This document shows, piece by piece, positions 29,858 through 43,846 of a stretch of DNA of 64,000 nt. The notes under the pieces are model-generated. The model saw only the letters and a program-made list of their open reading frames with translations, was not told the DNA's origin and did no database searches. The DNA comes from Octopus vulgaris (lineage: Eukaryota): contig OX597839.1 in assembly GCA_951406725.2 (NCBI GenBank), positions 26,598,001 to 26,662,000 of the forward strand, read 5' to 3'. Numbering within the stretch: position 1 is the first letter of the stretch; every line of letters starts with the position of its first letter. Made by a program: the position numbers and the translations under genes.

Positions 29858-29894
<37 letters not shown>

Positions 29895-30145
29895 TACTGG
29901 ATATATATACAGGCAGAAGTCCCAGAAATATATATTTGCTCTTGCCACACTAATTATCTATTCTTTCCAACCATCTTCCATCCATTCCCACCCCCACTTC
30001 TCCTTATGCAGAATTTTAAACAATGATAAATGACTCCGTTTCCATAGTCTGAAGGGCCAATAACTTGAAGTGATGGACAGGGCAGAATGCCATTGACCTG
30101 AACAAATATGGTCTTACTGATTTAATGAATGCATGTATGTATATT

Positions 30146-30179
<34 letters not shown>

Positions 30180-30230
30180 CAGAGAAGAGATATTTACATC
30201 ATAGAAAGGACATACCCTACATGTGCTCAG

Positions 30231-30271
<41 letters not shown>

Positions 30272-30433
30272 CGCAGGAGTGGCTGTGTGGTAAGTAGCTT
30301 GCTAACCAACCACATGGTTCCAGGTTCAGTCCCACTGCATGGCATCTTGGGCAAGTGTCTTCTGCTATAGCCCCGGGCCGACCAATGCCTTGTGAGTGGA
30401 TTTGGTAGACGGAAACTGAAAGAAGCCTGTCGT

Positions 30434-30473
<40 letters not shown>

Positions 30474-30676
30474 TGTGTGTGTGTATGTGTTTGTCCCCCT
30501 AGCATTGCTTGGCAACCGATGCTGGTGTGTTTACGTTCCCGTAACTTAGCGGTTCGGCAAAAGAGACCGATAGAATAAGTACTGGGCTTACAAAGAATAA
30601 GTCCTTGGGTCTAGTTGCTCGACTAAAGGCGGTGCTCCAGCATGGCCGCAGTCAAATGACTGAAACAAGTAAAAGA

Positions 30677-30712
<36 letters not shown>

Positions 30713-30726
30713 ATATTTCGGAATGG

Positions 30727-30781
<55 letters not shown>

Positions 30782-31076
30782 AAAGAGATATTTACATCAT
30801 AGAAAGGACATACCCTACATGTGCTCAGGAAGATATATAAATATATATATACACACACACACGAATTAAGCAAACATGTATGAGTGTATATATGCGAATA
30901 TAATTGTCTATGCAGCTATATTTAGAAGACATGAACAATGCGTATGTACACACAAATATATGTATAAAAAAAACTACTTCTATCCGTGCATAAAGGTCGT
31001 TGAATTATTAATTATACTCATGGAAACCACACACACATTACGTGTCCGCGCGCGTTTTTATGTATGTATGTACGTA

Positions 31077-31124
<48 letters not shown>

Positions 31125-32195
31125 TACATATTAAAATGAACGGGCGATATGACGGCTCCCTGTATGACCATATTTGTTGGACAGGCAATTTGAGGAAATT
31201 GGTGAAACACACATATATACAAAGACAGAGACACATACATATCGTGTATGTATTTAATGCCTTTTGTATTATAATAAATATATCTGTATATATGGAATCA
31301 TATATATTATGTACAATACACACGAATGTACTCACACAACACATAACATTCAGTACACAAACAAACCATATACACACATTCAATGCACACAAACATATAG
31401 TGAATGTCATAGACAATCAAAATACAGAACAGATATACACACGGGTTTAGTTTCTTCCCGCAAACACATATATATATTTATATAAAGCTGACCCCTTGAA
31501 ACCCTGTTAGCAGACGTTATTAGGGAGTCTGCTCTTTCAGTTAATGTTGTTTCAGTCACTGAAATATGGTTGAAATATATTAATTTAGAGTAGTTTTAGT
31601 GAAAAAGGTGGGAGATTTCACACAAAAGTCAGACGGCAGTATTAACAGTAGGAAGAATATAGATTCAAACACCTTACAAACGATCTATCTATCTATCTTT
31701 CTATCTATCTATATATATATATACATACATATATACATATAGTGTATGTTATGTACTATTATTTCATACATGTTATACTGTAGTATATATATAACGGTAC
31801 ACAATATAACACAGTGTGTGTGTGTGTATATAGACATAATTTACACATATTGGAAATACACTATAATTGGTATATAATTTCTCTATACAGTGTATAAAAT
31901 AGACGATGCATTATATATAGTATACACCACATACTAACGCATAAACAAAACCCATATTTTATATTATATACACTTTACACTACTATACACTTCTGCATAT
32001 AATTATGCTCCAGAAATTGTACACAATACATAGTATATCACACTATATAACTGTTAATATACTATACACCCTTCTTAAATTGCACACATCGGTATATAAT
32101 ATACTACAGAACACAATGCTCTTTAATATACACTATCTGTATATATACAGTACATGTAATATATAATTCTTCTGTAGGATGTATAAAATATAATA

Positions 32196-32243
<48 letters not shown>

Positions 32244-33099
32244 CAAACAGGAACCATACGAATTCTACGTTATGTACCTATTTACGCTGTTATATAGTAT
32301 ATACACGCTATAACTCATATACTGGTGTATAATACTCTCTTTCTCTCTTCTAGGCTCCACATATTTGTACAATAAACACTTCTGTATGTAGTATATAACT
32401 CTCTATGTGGTATATAAAATAAACAATACCTTATAGAAATATATAACACACACACACAAGTCTATATATACATATATATATACATACACACACACAAGTA
32501 TCTATATATATACACATACACACACACAAGTATCTATATATATATATACATACACACACACACATCTATATATATATATATATACATGCACAGACACACA
32601 AGTCTATATATATATATATACACACACACTATGCATCCTTTATAAATTATACACTATACATGGTGCATAATTTCCTTACATTAACACACTATATACACAT
32701 TAATATACACCTCATACCAACACAAACAAGAGCCATATATACTTACATAAGCACCACAAGGTTATATACAACAGTGTATAATGTACATATAGTGTACAAT
32801 ACATATATATCCATTATATATCCTATGCATTTATATAACACTACGTGGTGTATATAAAATACTCTTCACATGATTTATATACACTACACACTAAGACACA
32901 AAAAAGAACTACATATACACCCTATAAATTATACACTAAAAGTGTTTATTACTGTCTATATACAGAGTATATGCAGTATATATAATTCTCTATGCAGAGT
33001 ATAAAATACTATATACACAATACACTCACCAAGAAGAACTATATACACTCTACAGTGTATAAAATACACTTTCTGTATGTGTATGTACATGCATATATA

Positions 33100-33490
33100 T
33101 ATATATATGTAGTATATAATTCTCCATACAATGTATAAACACTATATACATTATATAATTATATACACTACACACATAATATATATACACATTCTACATT
33201 AGTGTATAATACTCCATCTATATATACATTATATATGTAGTATATAATTCTCCATACAATGTATAAATACTATATACATTATATACACTACACCACACAT
33301 AATATATATACACATTCTACATTAGTGTATAATACTCCATCTATATATACATTATATATGTAGTATATAATCCTCCATATAGTGTATAAATACTATATAC
33401 ATTATATAATTATATACACTACACCACACATAATATATATATATACACTCTACATTAGTGTATAATACTCCATCTATATATACATTATAC
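33100..33490. repeat. ~120-130-bp minisatellite (3 units) within a TATACAC-rich low-complexity block (31740-33630)
   Basis: GTAGTATATAAT(T/C)CTCCATA...CTACATTAGTGTATAATACTCCATCTATATATACATTATA repeated three times. Confidence 0.8.
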
Positions 33491-33732
33491 ATTCTAGGCA
33501 GTGTACTAACTACACTGTGTATAAAACTCACTAGTATACACCCCACTGACACATGAACGATACACAATGCATATAATAGTGTATGATTCCTTATGGGTTA
33601 TATAAAATATACACTTTAATACAGATATTTGTATATACACACTACATCAGACAGAACCACAGGAGAGAGAAAGAGACAATGTTGTAAACCAGTCAGACCA
33701 CGATTTTTATATTTGAAAGTATATAAAAGTGT

Positions 33733-33791
<59 letters not shown>

Positions 33792-33811
33792 TATCTGTGT
33801 GTGTGTATCTT

Positions 33812-34191
33812 TCTCTTTTTTCTTGTTTCAGTCATTTCGACTGCGGCCATGCTGGAGCACCGCCTTTTAGTCGAGCAACTCGACCCCAGTACTTATTCTA
33901 TCGGTCTCTTTTGCCGATGAACCGCTAAGTAACGGGGGACATAAACACACCAGCATCGGTTGTCAAGCAATGCTAGGGGGACAAACACAGACACACACAC
34001 ATACATATATATATATATACATATATACGACGGGCTTCTTTCAGTTTCCGTCTACCAAATCCACTCACAAGGCATTGGTCGGCCCGGGGCTATAGCAGAA
34101 GACACTTGCCCAAGGTGCCACGCAGTGGGACTGAACCCGGAACCATGTGGTTGGTAAGCAAGCTACTTACCACACAGCCACTCCTGCGCCT
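33812..34191 (-). mobile_element. SINE family A, representative - copy; other - copies at ~19770-20178, 21765-21895, 39235-39556, 40240-40610, 45185-45598, 49132-49476, 54218-54640 and 57733-58147
   Basis: Reverse complement of the same ~380-bp element. Confidence 0.92.
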
Positions 34192-34421
34192 AAATATGTA
34201 TATATATATAAAATAACTTCCATTATTAATTTATAAGCTTCATGCTGTCGCGGTTATAATGTATTTTGTTTGTGTAATTAATTATAAAGGTTTAATGAGA
34301 GAAAGAAGAAAGCAGAGACCATGGATGGCGATGTCTTGAGATGTTGGGGGTGTTTTGGGTTTATTGTTGGCGGCCAACCCCCGGGGGGGGGGGGGAGAAA
34401 ATACAGCAATAACAACATAAA

Positions 34422-34759
34422 GGGCACTACTTGAGAACAGAGGTCCCGGTGCGCGCACTCGCGTGGTCGCGCATCCGCGCTGGCTAGACGTGACTAGTCG
34501 ATCCTCACTTCTTTGTGTTATTTTACTTTGTTTAGCAAAAATTATTTACTTTGTGTAAAAATACCAAAAAAAAATTATTTATTTTGTGTAAAAATACCAA
34601 AAAAAAATTATTTATTTTGTGTAAAAAAAAAAATTACTTATTTTGTGTTTTATTTACACTAGGTTGTCTTTGTAGGATCGATCGACTAGTCACGACTGGC
34701 TGGCGCGCGCGCGGTTGCGAGTGCGCGCACCGGGACCGCCGTTTCTCGAAGTAGAACCC
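34422..34759. mobile_element. GC-rich fold-back MITE (Merlin- or Mutator-like)
   Basis: ~85-bp imperfect TIRs starting GGG and containing GGTCCCGGTGCGCGCACTCGC and CGTGACTAGTCGATC. 8-bp TSD AACA(T/C)AAA; internal ~29-bp AT-rich tandem repeats. Confidence 0.7.
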
Positions 34760-35485
34760 AACACAAATGTGTAAACAACGGGACGACGTTGAGGTCTTCT
34801 TATAAAAACGATGGAAGGAGATTCGAAAATTACTGTTAGTGTTAATATTATTCGTGTTGCTGTTGTTGTTGTTGGCTGGTTTGTGTCTCGCCTGGCTTTT
34901 TTTAAAAATAGATGAAGCCTTCTCCCTTCTTCTTCTTTCAGCAATTTCGGGGAAGAAGCAGCGGAAAAAGCAGATAAAACTTGCATCATCCATCAATTCA
35001 ACAAAGCTCGCCCCATCGTCATACATTTTTTTTCCTTCCTTTGGCGTGTGTAATTAATATTAAAGGCTTAAAAGGCTGAAAGAGAGAAGAAAGAACAACA
35101 GGATGGCCATGGAGCGACGACGAGGCTTTTGCAAAGATGTTGGCCGCCGTGTTTAGACGATCGTGGCGGCCGACACGGGGAAGGAAATGCAATAATGATA
35201 ACACAAAGGTGTAAACAACGGGACGATGAGGTGTATGATGCGATGGAGGAGGCTTGGAGAATTATTATTAGTGTTATTATTATTGTTGGCCAGCATCGAC
35301 TGGCTTCTCTCGTTTAAAAATAGATGAAAAGACTAGGATCTAGGTCAAACTTGTGACCAGAAATGTACGGAGAAATGGACGTCGTTGGTTCCAAATGAAT
35401 AGATTGTCCGATAGAAGAGAGGTTGGCGAAGATTTCTCAGTGAAATTTGTTTGCTTAAAAATAGGAGAAATATGTTAAAACTCAC

Positions 35486-35545
35486 CTTTCACTATGCGGT
35501 CGACCTGACATATTTTGGACGAACGTACGAGTCCGCCATCATAAT
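35486..35545 (-). other. Probable first exon of an unidentified divergent gene (may begin MSGRPHSE from the ATG at 35511, or be non-coding)
   Basis: Strong minus-strand donor AAAG|GTGAGT at 35486/35485. CpG-rich, with a YY1-like ATGGCGG inside and CRE TGACGTCA (35545-35552) and CCAAT (35563-35567) just upstream. No downstream exon was identified. Confidence 0.55.
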
Positions 35546-36416
35546 GACGTCAGGGTTGCCGACCAATAAAATGTGAAAGGATTTATTATTAATTAATAAT
35601 AATGAAGGTTTAAATTGAGGGAAATATGGTTAATTAAATATGGCAATAATATTTATGGAATTTAAATTAATATTTAAAATGATTATTATAATCATTTATT
35701 TTCGGTGAGGAAGAAAAGGAAATGAGAGAAAGGGAAGGAGTGGAATGTACTTCCGAGACGTTCGTTTCTCCATTCGCTGCCGACTTAGCAACATTTTTAT
35801 TATTATCATTAATGTAATAAAATTTGTAAGAAGTTGAGTTATCTATAAAGTTTATCAAATTAAAAATAATGCTAGCAAAATGGTAGCATTCATTTATTAT
35901 TTTAATTTTGAATTATTATTAAAAAATTGGAAAAGGGTGACGTGGGGGATACTTCGACTCATTCATTTTTATTTTTGCTGCCGACTTAGCAACATTTTAT
36001 TATTATCATTAGTATAATAAAATTATTAAGATATCAAGTTATCGATAATATTTATCAGATTCAAATTAAGGTTTGAAAAATGTTATTATTCATCGTATTT
36101 AATTTTAATTTTGGATCACTGCAAAGAGGAAAAAGGACGGGGGGGATATTGGGAGTCATTCATTTTTGCGTTCGCTGCCGACTTAGCAACATTTTATTAG
36201 TAATATTATTATTGATATAAGGAAAATTTAATAAAACGTTAATAAACTACGTGACAATAATATTTATTAAATAAGAATTAATATTTGAAATGATAATGGT
36301 TTTATTATCATGTTTAAATTTTATAATTATTTAAGGCGGGAGAGATAAGATGTTGGCATTTCCGAGATGTACATTTCCATCTGCATTCGCTGCCGACTTA
36401 ACGACTGTTTACAACT
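35545..36416. promoter_or_regulatory. Bidirectional promoter region of MKS1 with a tandem array of RFX X-box-like motifs
   Basis: GCTGCCGACTTAGCAAC at 35776, 35977 and 36174, with variants at 35555 and 36389. Forkhead-type TGTTTAC at 36406-36412; CRE and CCAAT at the left end. Confidence 0.7.
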
Positions 36417-36496
36417 ATGGCGGACTTGTACGACGAAAGCGATCTTGGAACTGCTTATTACAGAACTAAAGATCAACTCAGAAATTTTAAATTGCG
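36417..36496 (+). CDS. MKS1: MKS1 (Meckel syndrome type 1 protein, B9-complex transition-zone protein), coding exon 1
   Basis: ATG at 36417 reads MADLYDESDLGTAYYRTKDQLRNFKL+CG, then donor GTTAGT (phase 2). Resembles the recalled human MKS1 N-terminus ([27 protein letters not shown]), with an 80-nt first coding exon. Confidence 0.92.
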
Positions 36497-39400
36497 GTTA
36501 GTTTATAATATGTATATGCTTTCTTTGTTCGTAAAGAAAAAAAGAAAAAAAACGGAATGATAAATTTATCTACGAATAAATTGGGTTTCTTTTATATATT
36601 TTTTCTTACGAGTCATTTAGAAAGATAACAACAAAAAGAAACTTTAGGTTCTGTAACTAACGAAAACATGTGAATTAATGCATGTCAAATACGGTTTGAA
36701 ATAGTAAACAAAAATATTGCTGCCGAAAGAAATCTTTGATTCGGTTGAGAGTGAGTTAAATGAAAATACAAAATATATTTCGGCTGAATTTTGCTTTAAG
36801 CTCGCCAAAAATCCGCCCCACCCCTTTAGTTTTTTAATTATTAGAATTTTCAGAAAAGATTTGTGAATTTGTATTCGACACAGGGATTCATACAACTATG
36901 CAAAAAACAAAGTTATTTTGATGCATGATTTAAGGGCTATTTAGCTATTATTTTTAGCACATCTCACGACCACCTCATGCAGTCCTCGTTTGTTTATCAC
37001 TCAGACGTGTTGATATTTATCGGTATTTTTCTCCTCATAAACGCATTTAATGGGATTTAAGCCAAAAATTCGGACTATCCGTATTTTAAACTGTGATTCA
37101 AAATAAAAATTGAAAAAATTCTTTTTCTTTTTATAGTCATGTGAATTTCCGTGTGTAGAATGAAAATTCGCAAAAATTTTCTGAAAATTCCAAAAAAAAA
37201 AAAAAAAAGTTATGAAGGCTTACATGTAGTACATCAAGCAGAATTCTGCTTCTATTTCTAATTTCATAATCGTAAATATTTTAATAAAAAACAATTGTTA
37301 AAAGCGAGGCCGACGAGTTTAAGAGACTCATTCAAAGGGATATAAGTTTGGTAAAACTCCATAGACCAAACTTATGGAGGGTCACTCAATACAAACTGAA
37401 AAACTATAGTTAAATTTGATGGGTATAAAGTTGTTAAAGAAATTCGCGTTGCACAAACAAACGTGCGTCAGCTGTTGTAACACCTTGGGCAAACGTCTTC
37501 AACTGTAACCTCAGGCCGACCAAAGCCTATGTGAGTGGATTCGGTAAACGGAAACTGAAAGAAGCCTGTCGTATAGTCTATATTTATGTATGAAGATAGA
37601 TAAGGCTTGTCTCTGGGATTACCCTGTGTTTCACGTCCATAAAGCGCTTAGTTTTTCAGCGTATCATCAGACCTGAAACCCTATAAGGCACATTATAGAT
37701 AGATATAGAAAACGAAGTTATTTTATTCCACACGAGTAAAAATATAGGACAAAAAGCAGTTGAAAATGTATTGAGAATAGTTTTAATTTTTTAAAAATTA
37801 TATTTAAAAATTTAACCGGTTTGCGCGGATTTTCAAAAGTTGAGATAGAAAGACGTGGCTTATGTCGCAACAGCCTTGTTTCTGACAAGTGTTTGAAGCT
37901 TGTCCTAGTTTAGCCGCTGGGTGACGTACAAAGGACTCCTGTCCACCCTCCCAGATTAAATTTCGGGTGTGTTGACTAACTAAACATGCTCACTCGACCG
38001 TGTCGGCCTCAATTTTCCACGCAAAACATATTGTCACGTGACACTAACACGCGGCGGACTTAGCGGGAAATGTACAAAAGGTTAATCACGTAACCATTCT
38101 CAGAGCCTTGATTGTTTGGTACCGTCGCTAGTCATGTTCACTCAACCGTGTCAGCCTTAACTTAGGAAATGTTCAGTTGGTAGTCAACGTCCGTAGCTAA
38201 CAGTTGCATCCTTTCCTTCTCTTCCAGATTATGAACGCTTTTCATTCTTTTATGGACATTCATGGGTTAACCCTTCCCTTCCTGTCTTTATTCTGAGATT
38301 CTCTGTCTTCCTTTCAATTTATTTTAGATTTTACAAAGAATTTAGTGAAATAACTTCATTATCATTAATCTAGTGTTAGGAACATAAATTGTGATTAAGG
38401 TTTGGTGGAAGATTTTAACTGAAAACTTATGAAAGCAAGACATTTGTACTACAAAGCCAGAGGTGGTTTCAGCTGGGTTGGTATCAAAGGGGTTAATTTG
38501 CAGATTTTCTTTCACATAGTTGTTTGACTTGTTAGAAATAGCAGCCAAATCTTGTGCAAACTGAAGACACATTTGACTGACTGTCTTTAGCCCTCTCGTT
38601 ACCATATTTCTATTGAGATGCTCTGTGTTTCTTTCAATTAATTTTAAATTTGTACTACAGAGCCAGAGGTGGTTTCAGCTGGGTTCATAACGAAAGGGTT
38701 AAAGCACAGTATCCCAGACTTTTCTGCCTCGAGGCACCCTTGGTAAGCCTTTTAGAAGTCCACACACACATAAGACAGGCTTCTTTCAGTTTCTGTCTAC
38801 CAAATCCACTCAGAAGACTATACCCACCCCATGGCCCCTCCTGTGCCTATATATATTTATAATCAAAACCACAATGTTATGATCGTAAGTCCAACACTCT
38901 AACCACTAAGCTACGTGCCCCCACAGTTTCAGATGGGTTGGTATGAAAAAGGTTACAATCACATCATCCATCAAATCCATTTACAAAGCTTTGGTTGGCG
39001 CAAGGCTATTGTGAAAGACACCTGTCCAAGGTGCTGTGCAGTGGGACTGAACCTGTAACCATGTGGTGAATTGCTCAACCACACCTATCAGAAAATCTAA
39101 TATGACAGTTGTTTTTTTCATTCAACGTCAATATAATAAGGCTTAGCCCCTGGATAATAGCATCTGTGCAAGAAAATTATGTACCAGGAATCGATAATAA
39201 AAAATTTTCTTCATTTCACCAATTCTTTCTTTTATTCTTTTGTTTCACTCATGTGACTGCGGCCATGCTGGAGCATCACCTTTAGTCAAACAAACCACTA
39301 AGTTACAGGGATGTAAGCACACCAACATCGGTTGTCAAGCAATGGTGGAGGGACAAACACAGACACAAAACATACACACAAACATATACATATATACAAT

Positions 39401-40429
39401 AGGCTTCTTTCAGTTTCTGTTTACCAAATCCACTCACAAGGCTTTGGTTGCCCCAAGGCTATAGAAGACACTTGCTCAAGGTGCCACACAGTGGGGCTGA
39501 ACCCAGAACCATATGGTTGGTAAGCAAGCTTCTTACCACACAGCCACTCCTGTGCCAATATTCATATAATAAAAATAGAATAGATGACAACACAAAATAT
39601 AAGATGACAATCATATTTCTTGTTAAAATAGTATCAAAGTGTATTTTTTACTCTAAATGATTAATCATGATGCCACATACGTATGTATATTTTGTAGTCC
39701 AACAGTTGGGAACTTGTGTATGAAAGGATGAAAAAGCTCATTCTTGAGTCACAGACCCATGGATGCCAATACCTACATTGCTTGATAATTGTTGAGAGAT
39801 TCCACACTGCATGAAACCATTGGTAGCCTTGCTAATGCACAAATAAAGTACACACGCACATAATTAAGGTGCCATGTAAAAAACTGATACCCTAAAAGCA
39901 AAGTGCTATGTAAAAGGGGTTGGTGTTGGTGCAGGTGTCATATAAAAAGCATTGGGGCTGCTGCCATGTGAAAAGGTACTGCTGATGGTGCCTTGTAAAA
40001 AGCATTGGTTATGATGCTGGTACCAGGTAAAAAGCACCCGGTACACTCTGTGAAGTGGTTGGTGTTCGGAAGGGCCTCTAGCTGTAGAAACCAGGTGAAA
40101 ACAGACTGTGAAACATGATGTGGCCTCTGGGCCTCATCAGCCCCTGTCAAGGCATCCAACCTGTACCAGCATGGAAAATGACGTTAAATGATGATGGTGT
40201 ACATACAGACACACATATGCATATATATTTAAACATATATTCTTTTACTTGTTTTAGTCATTTGATATTGGCCATGCTGGAGTATTGCCTTCAGTCGAGC
40301 AAATTGACCCCAAGACTTATTCTTTGTAAGTCTAGTACTTATCCAAGCCGCTAAGTTACGGGGGTGTAAACATGCAAGCGTCAGTTGTCAAGCGATGGTG
40401 GGGTGACAAACACAGACACACACATACAA

Positions 40430-40462
<33 letters not shown>

Positions 40463-40700
40463 TATATATATGTCTACCAAGTCCACTCACAAGGCTTTGG
40501 TCGGCCCATGGCTATAATAGAAGACACTTGCCCAAGGTGGCATGCAGTGGAACTGAACTCAGAACCATGTGGTTTGGAAGCAAACTTCTTACCACACAGC
40601 TACGCCTGTGCTTGTGTACAAAATATATTTATCTCTCATTGGATCCGGATGGAGTACCTGTCTTGATTTTACCCATATTGGATATCTGTCTGTCTATTTA

Positions 40701-40741
<41 letters not shown>

Positions 40742-40750
40742 CTCTCTCTC

Positions 40751-40782
<32 letters not shown>

Positions 40783-40925
40783 CATACATACATACATACA
40801 TAGAAAGATAGACAGACACATACATACACACATGTATACATAGAGATATATGCTTACATATACTCATCTACATATATGATTACACACATACTTATATATA
40901 TATACATACATATACATATATATGT

Positions 40926-40958
<33 letters not shown>

Positions 40959-41738
40959 CACAGTCTAGTTTTAATAAAAAGCAATGTTTTGTGTGTGCAT
41001 GCATGCATGTATGTGTGTGGATACACACACACACATATATATATATATAAACATATATATGCACATACGCAAAGACATACATATAAACACATATATATAT
41101 ATATGAATACCCACAGACATACATATAAACATACATAGCTACACCACCATACGCACCGGCATCGAAACAAAAGCTAATTTTGTAAACACAAACACGTATA
41201 CACACTGGAGGCACAATGCAATTCTTATGAATGGATATGTTTATTTTTCCTTTTTTTTTTCTTGTTTTTGTTTTTGTTTTTGCAACAGTATTGATCAGTG
41301 AAAAATTGGCTTTATTGATCTCCACCAGATAAATGGATATTTCTCTTCCTCCCGCACTCCCGCCATTCTTTTTGTAGAATCAAAGAGTTTTTTTTTGAAA
41401 TTTTTATTATATTTCGATTTGATTTAGTCAGAGGTGAATAACGAGTTCATTATTGACTTCTGTATCACAGTGTGTTTGTGTGTATACAAGTATATATATA
41501 TATGTATGTATATACACACACACACACATATATATGTGTGTATATATGTATGTATCATCGTCATCCTCATCATCATCATTTAACGTCCGCTTTCCATGCT
41601 AGCATGGGTTGGACGGTTTTGACTGAGGGCTGGCAACCAGATGGCTGCACCAGGCTCCAGTCTTGATCTGGCAGAGTTTCTACAGCTGGATGCCCTTCCT
41701 AATGCCAACCACTCCAAGAGTGTAGTGGATGCTTTTTA

Positions 41739-41782
<44 letters not shown>

Positions 41783-41916
41783 TCATCATCATTTAGCGTC
41801 CGTTCTCCATGCTAGCATGGGTTATATATATATGTATGTATATATGAATGTATGTGTATATATATGTATGTATGTACATATATATGTGTGTATGTTTGTA
41901 TATATATATATATATA

Positions 41917-42878
41917 TCATCATTGTTTAACGTCCGCCTTCCATGCTAGCATGGGTTGGACGATTTGACTGAGGACTGGCAACCAGATGGCTGCACCAGG
42001 CTCTTGATCTGGCAGAATTTCTACAGCTGGATGCCCTTCCTAACACCAACCACTCTGAGAGTGCAGTGGGTGCTTTTACATGACACCTGCATCAGGGCCA
42101 GTCAGGCGGTACTAGCAATGGCCACGCTCAAATGGTGTTTTTTACGTGCCACCTGCACAGGAGCCAGTCCAGTGGCACTGGGAATGACCTCGCTCGAATG
42201 TTTCTTCACGTACCGGTAAGGTGATGCGGGTAGTGATCACGCTCGAATGGTGTAATTGACGTGCCAATGGCACGGAAGTCAGTTAGCCGCTCTAGCAACA
42301 ATCACGCTTGGATGGTGCTCTTAGTGCTCCACTAGCACGGATGCCAATCATTGAATTTGATTTCGATTTCAATTGCCTCAACAGGTCTTCGCAAGCAGAG
42401 TTTAGTGTCCAAAGAAGGAAAGGTATGCATAAGTGGGCTGATTACACCCCTGCCATAGGCCACGAGGTTATGGTCTCACTTGGGCTTACTGAGTTTTCTC
42501 AAGCACAGCATATTTCCAAAGGTCCCAGTCACTAGTCATCGCCTCAGTGAGGCCCAATGTTTGACGGTCATGCTTCACCATCTCATCCCAGGTCATCCTT
42601 AGTCTAACTCTTCCACAGGTTCCCTCAACCGCTAGGGTTTGACACTTTTTCACACAGCTATCCACATCCAGTCTTACCACATGACCATACCACTGCAGTC
42701 GTCTCTCTTGCACTCCACATCTGATGCTTCTTAGGTGCAACTTTTCTCTGAAGGTACTAACACTTTTTCAAGTATGCACACTGACATTACACATCCATCG
42801 GAGCATACTGGCTTAATTCCTTGCTAGCTTACGCATGTCCTCAGCAGACACGGCCCATATTTCACTGCCATGTAGCAT
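41917..42878 (-). mobile_element. 5'-truncated RTE LINE: ORF C-terminus + long 3' UTR with a ~65-bp repeat array + (GAT)n tail
   Basis: MLHGSEIW...MLRWMC...RRLQWYGHVVR...VEGTCGRVRLRMTWDEMV...WDLW is the RTE C-terminal signature. It is contiguous with the array (~42060-42350) and the GAT tail. Confidence 0.88.
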
Positions 42879-42897
42879 ATATATATATATATATAAG

Positions 42898-43336
<439 letters not shown>

Positions 43337-43702
43337 ATGTATGTATATGTGTATGTATGTATATGTATCCAGTACACCCAGGCTTTGGGTAAAAGAAAAT
43401 ACAGAAGTATGATTTAATTATGATTTTATTCACCATATTCCCCTCCTCTCAGATTCACACACTTATTACAGTTGTCCTTCAGTTTTTCTAAGCCCTGTAA
43501 AAGATGTTGGAAGATTGGGCTTCCAACCAGGCCTGTCATGAAGGGCATCCAGCTGTAGAAACTCTGCCAGATCAAGATTGAAGCCTGGTGCAGCCATCTG
43601 GTTCGTCAGACCTCAGTCAAATCGTCCAACCCATGCCAGCATGGAAAGCGGACATAAAACCATGATAATGATGATAATATATATATATGCATATATACAC
43701 AT

Positions 43703-43766
<64 letters not shown>

Positions 43767-43846
43767 ATAAATATTAGGGAATAAATCCAAATTTACAGGG
43801 AAAAAAAATCAGATTTAGGATTAAATCCAATTTTATAGTAAAATAT

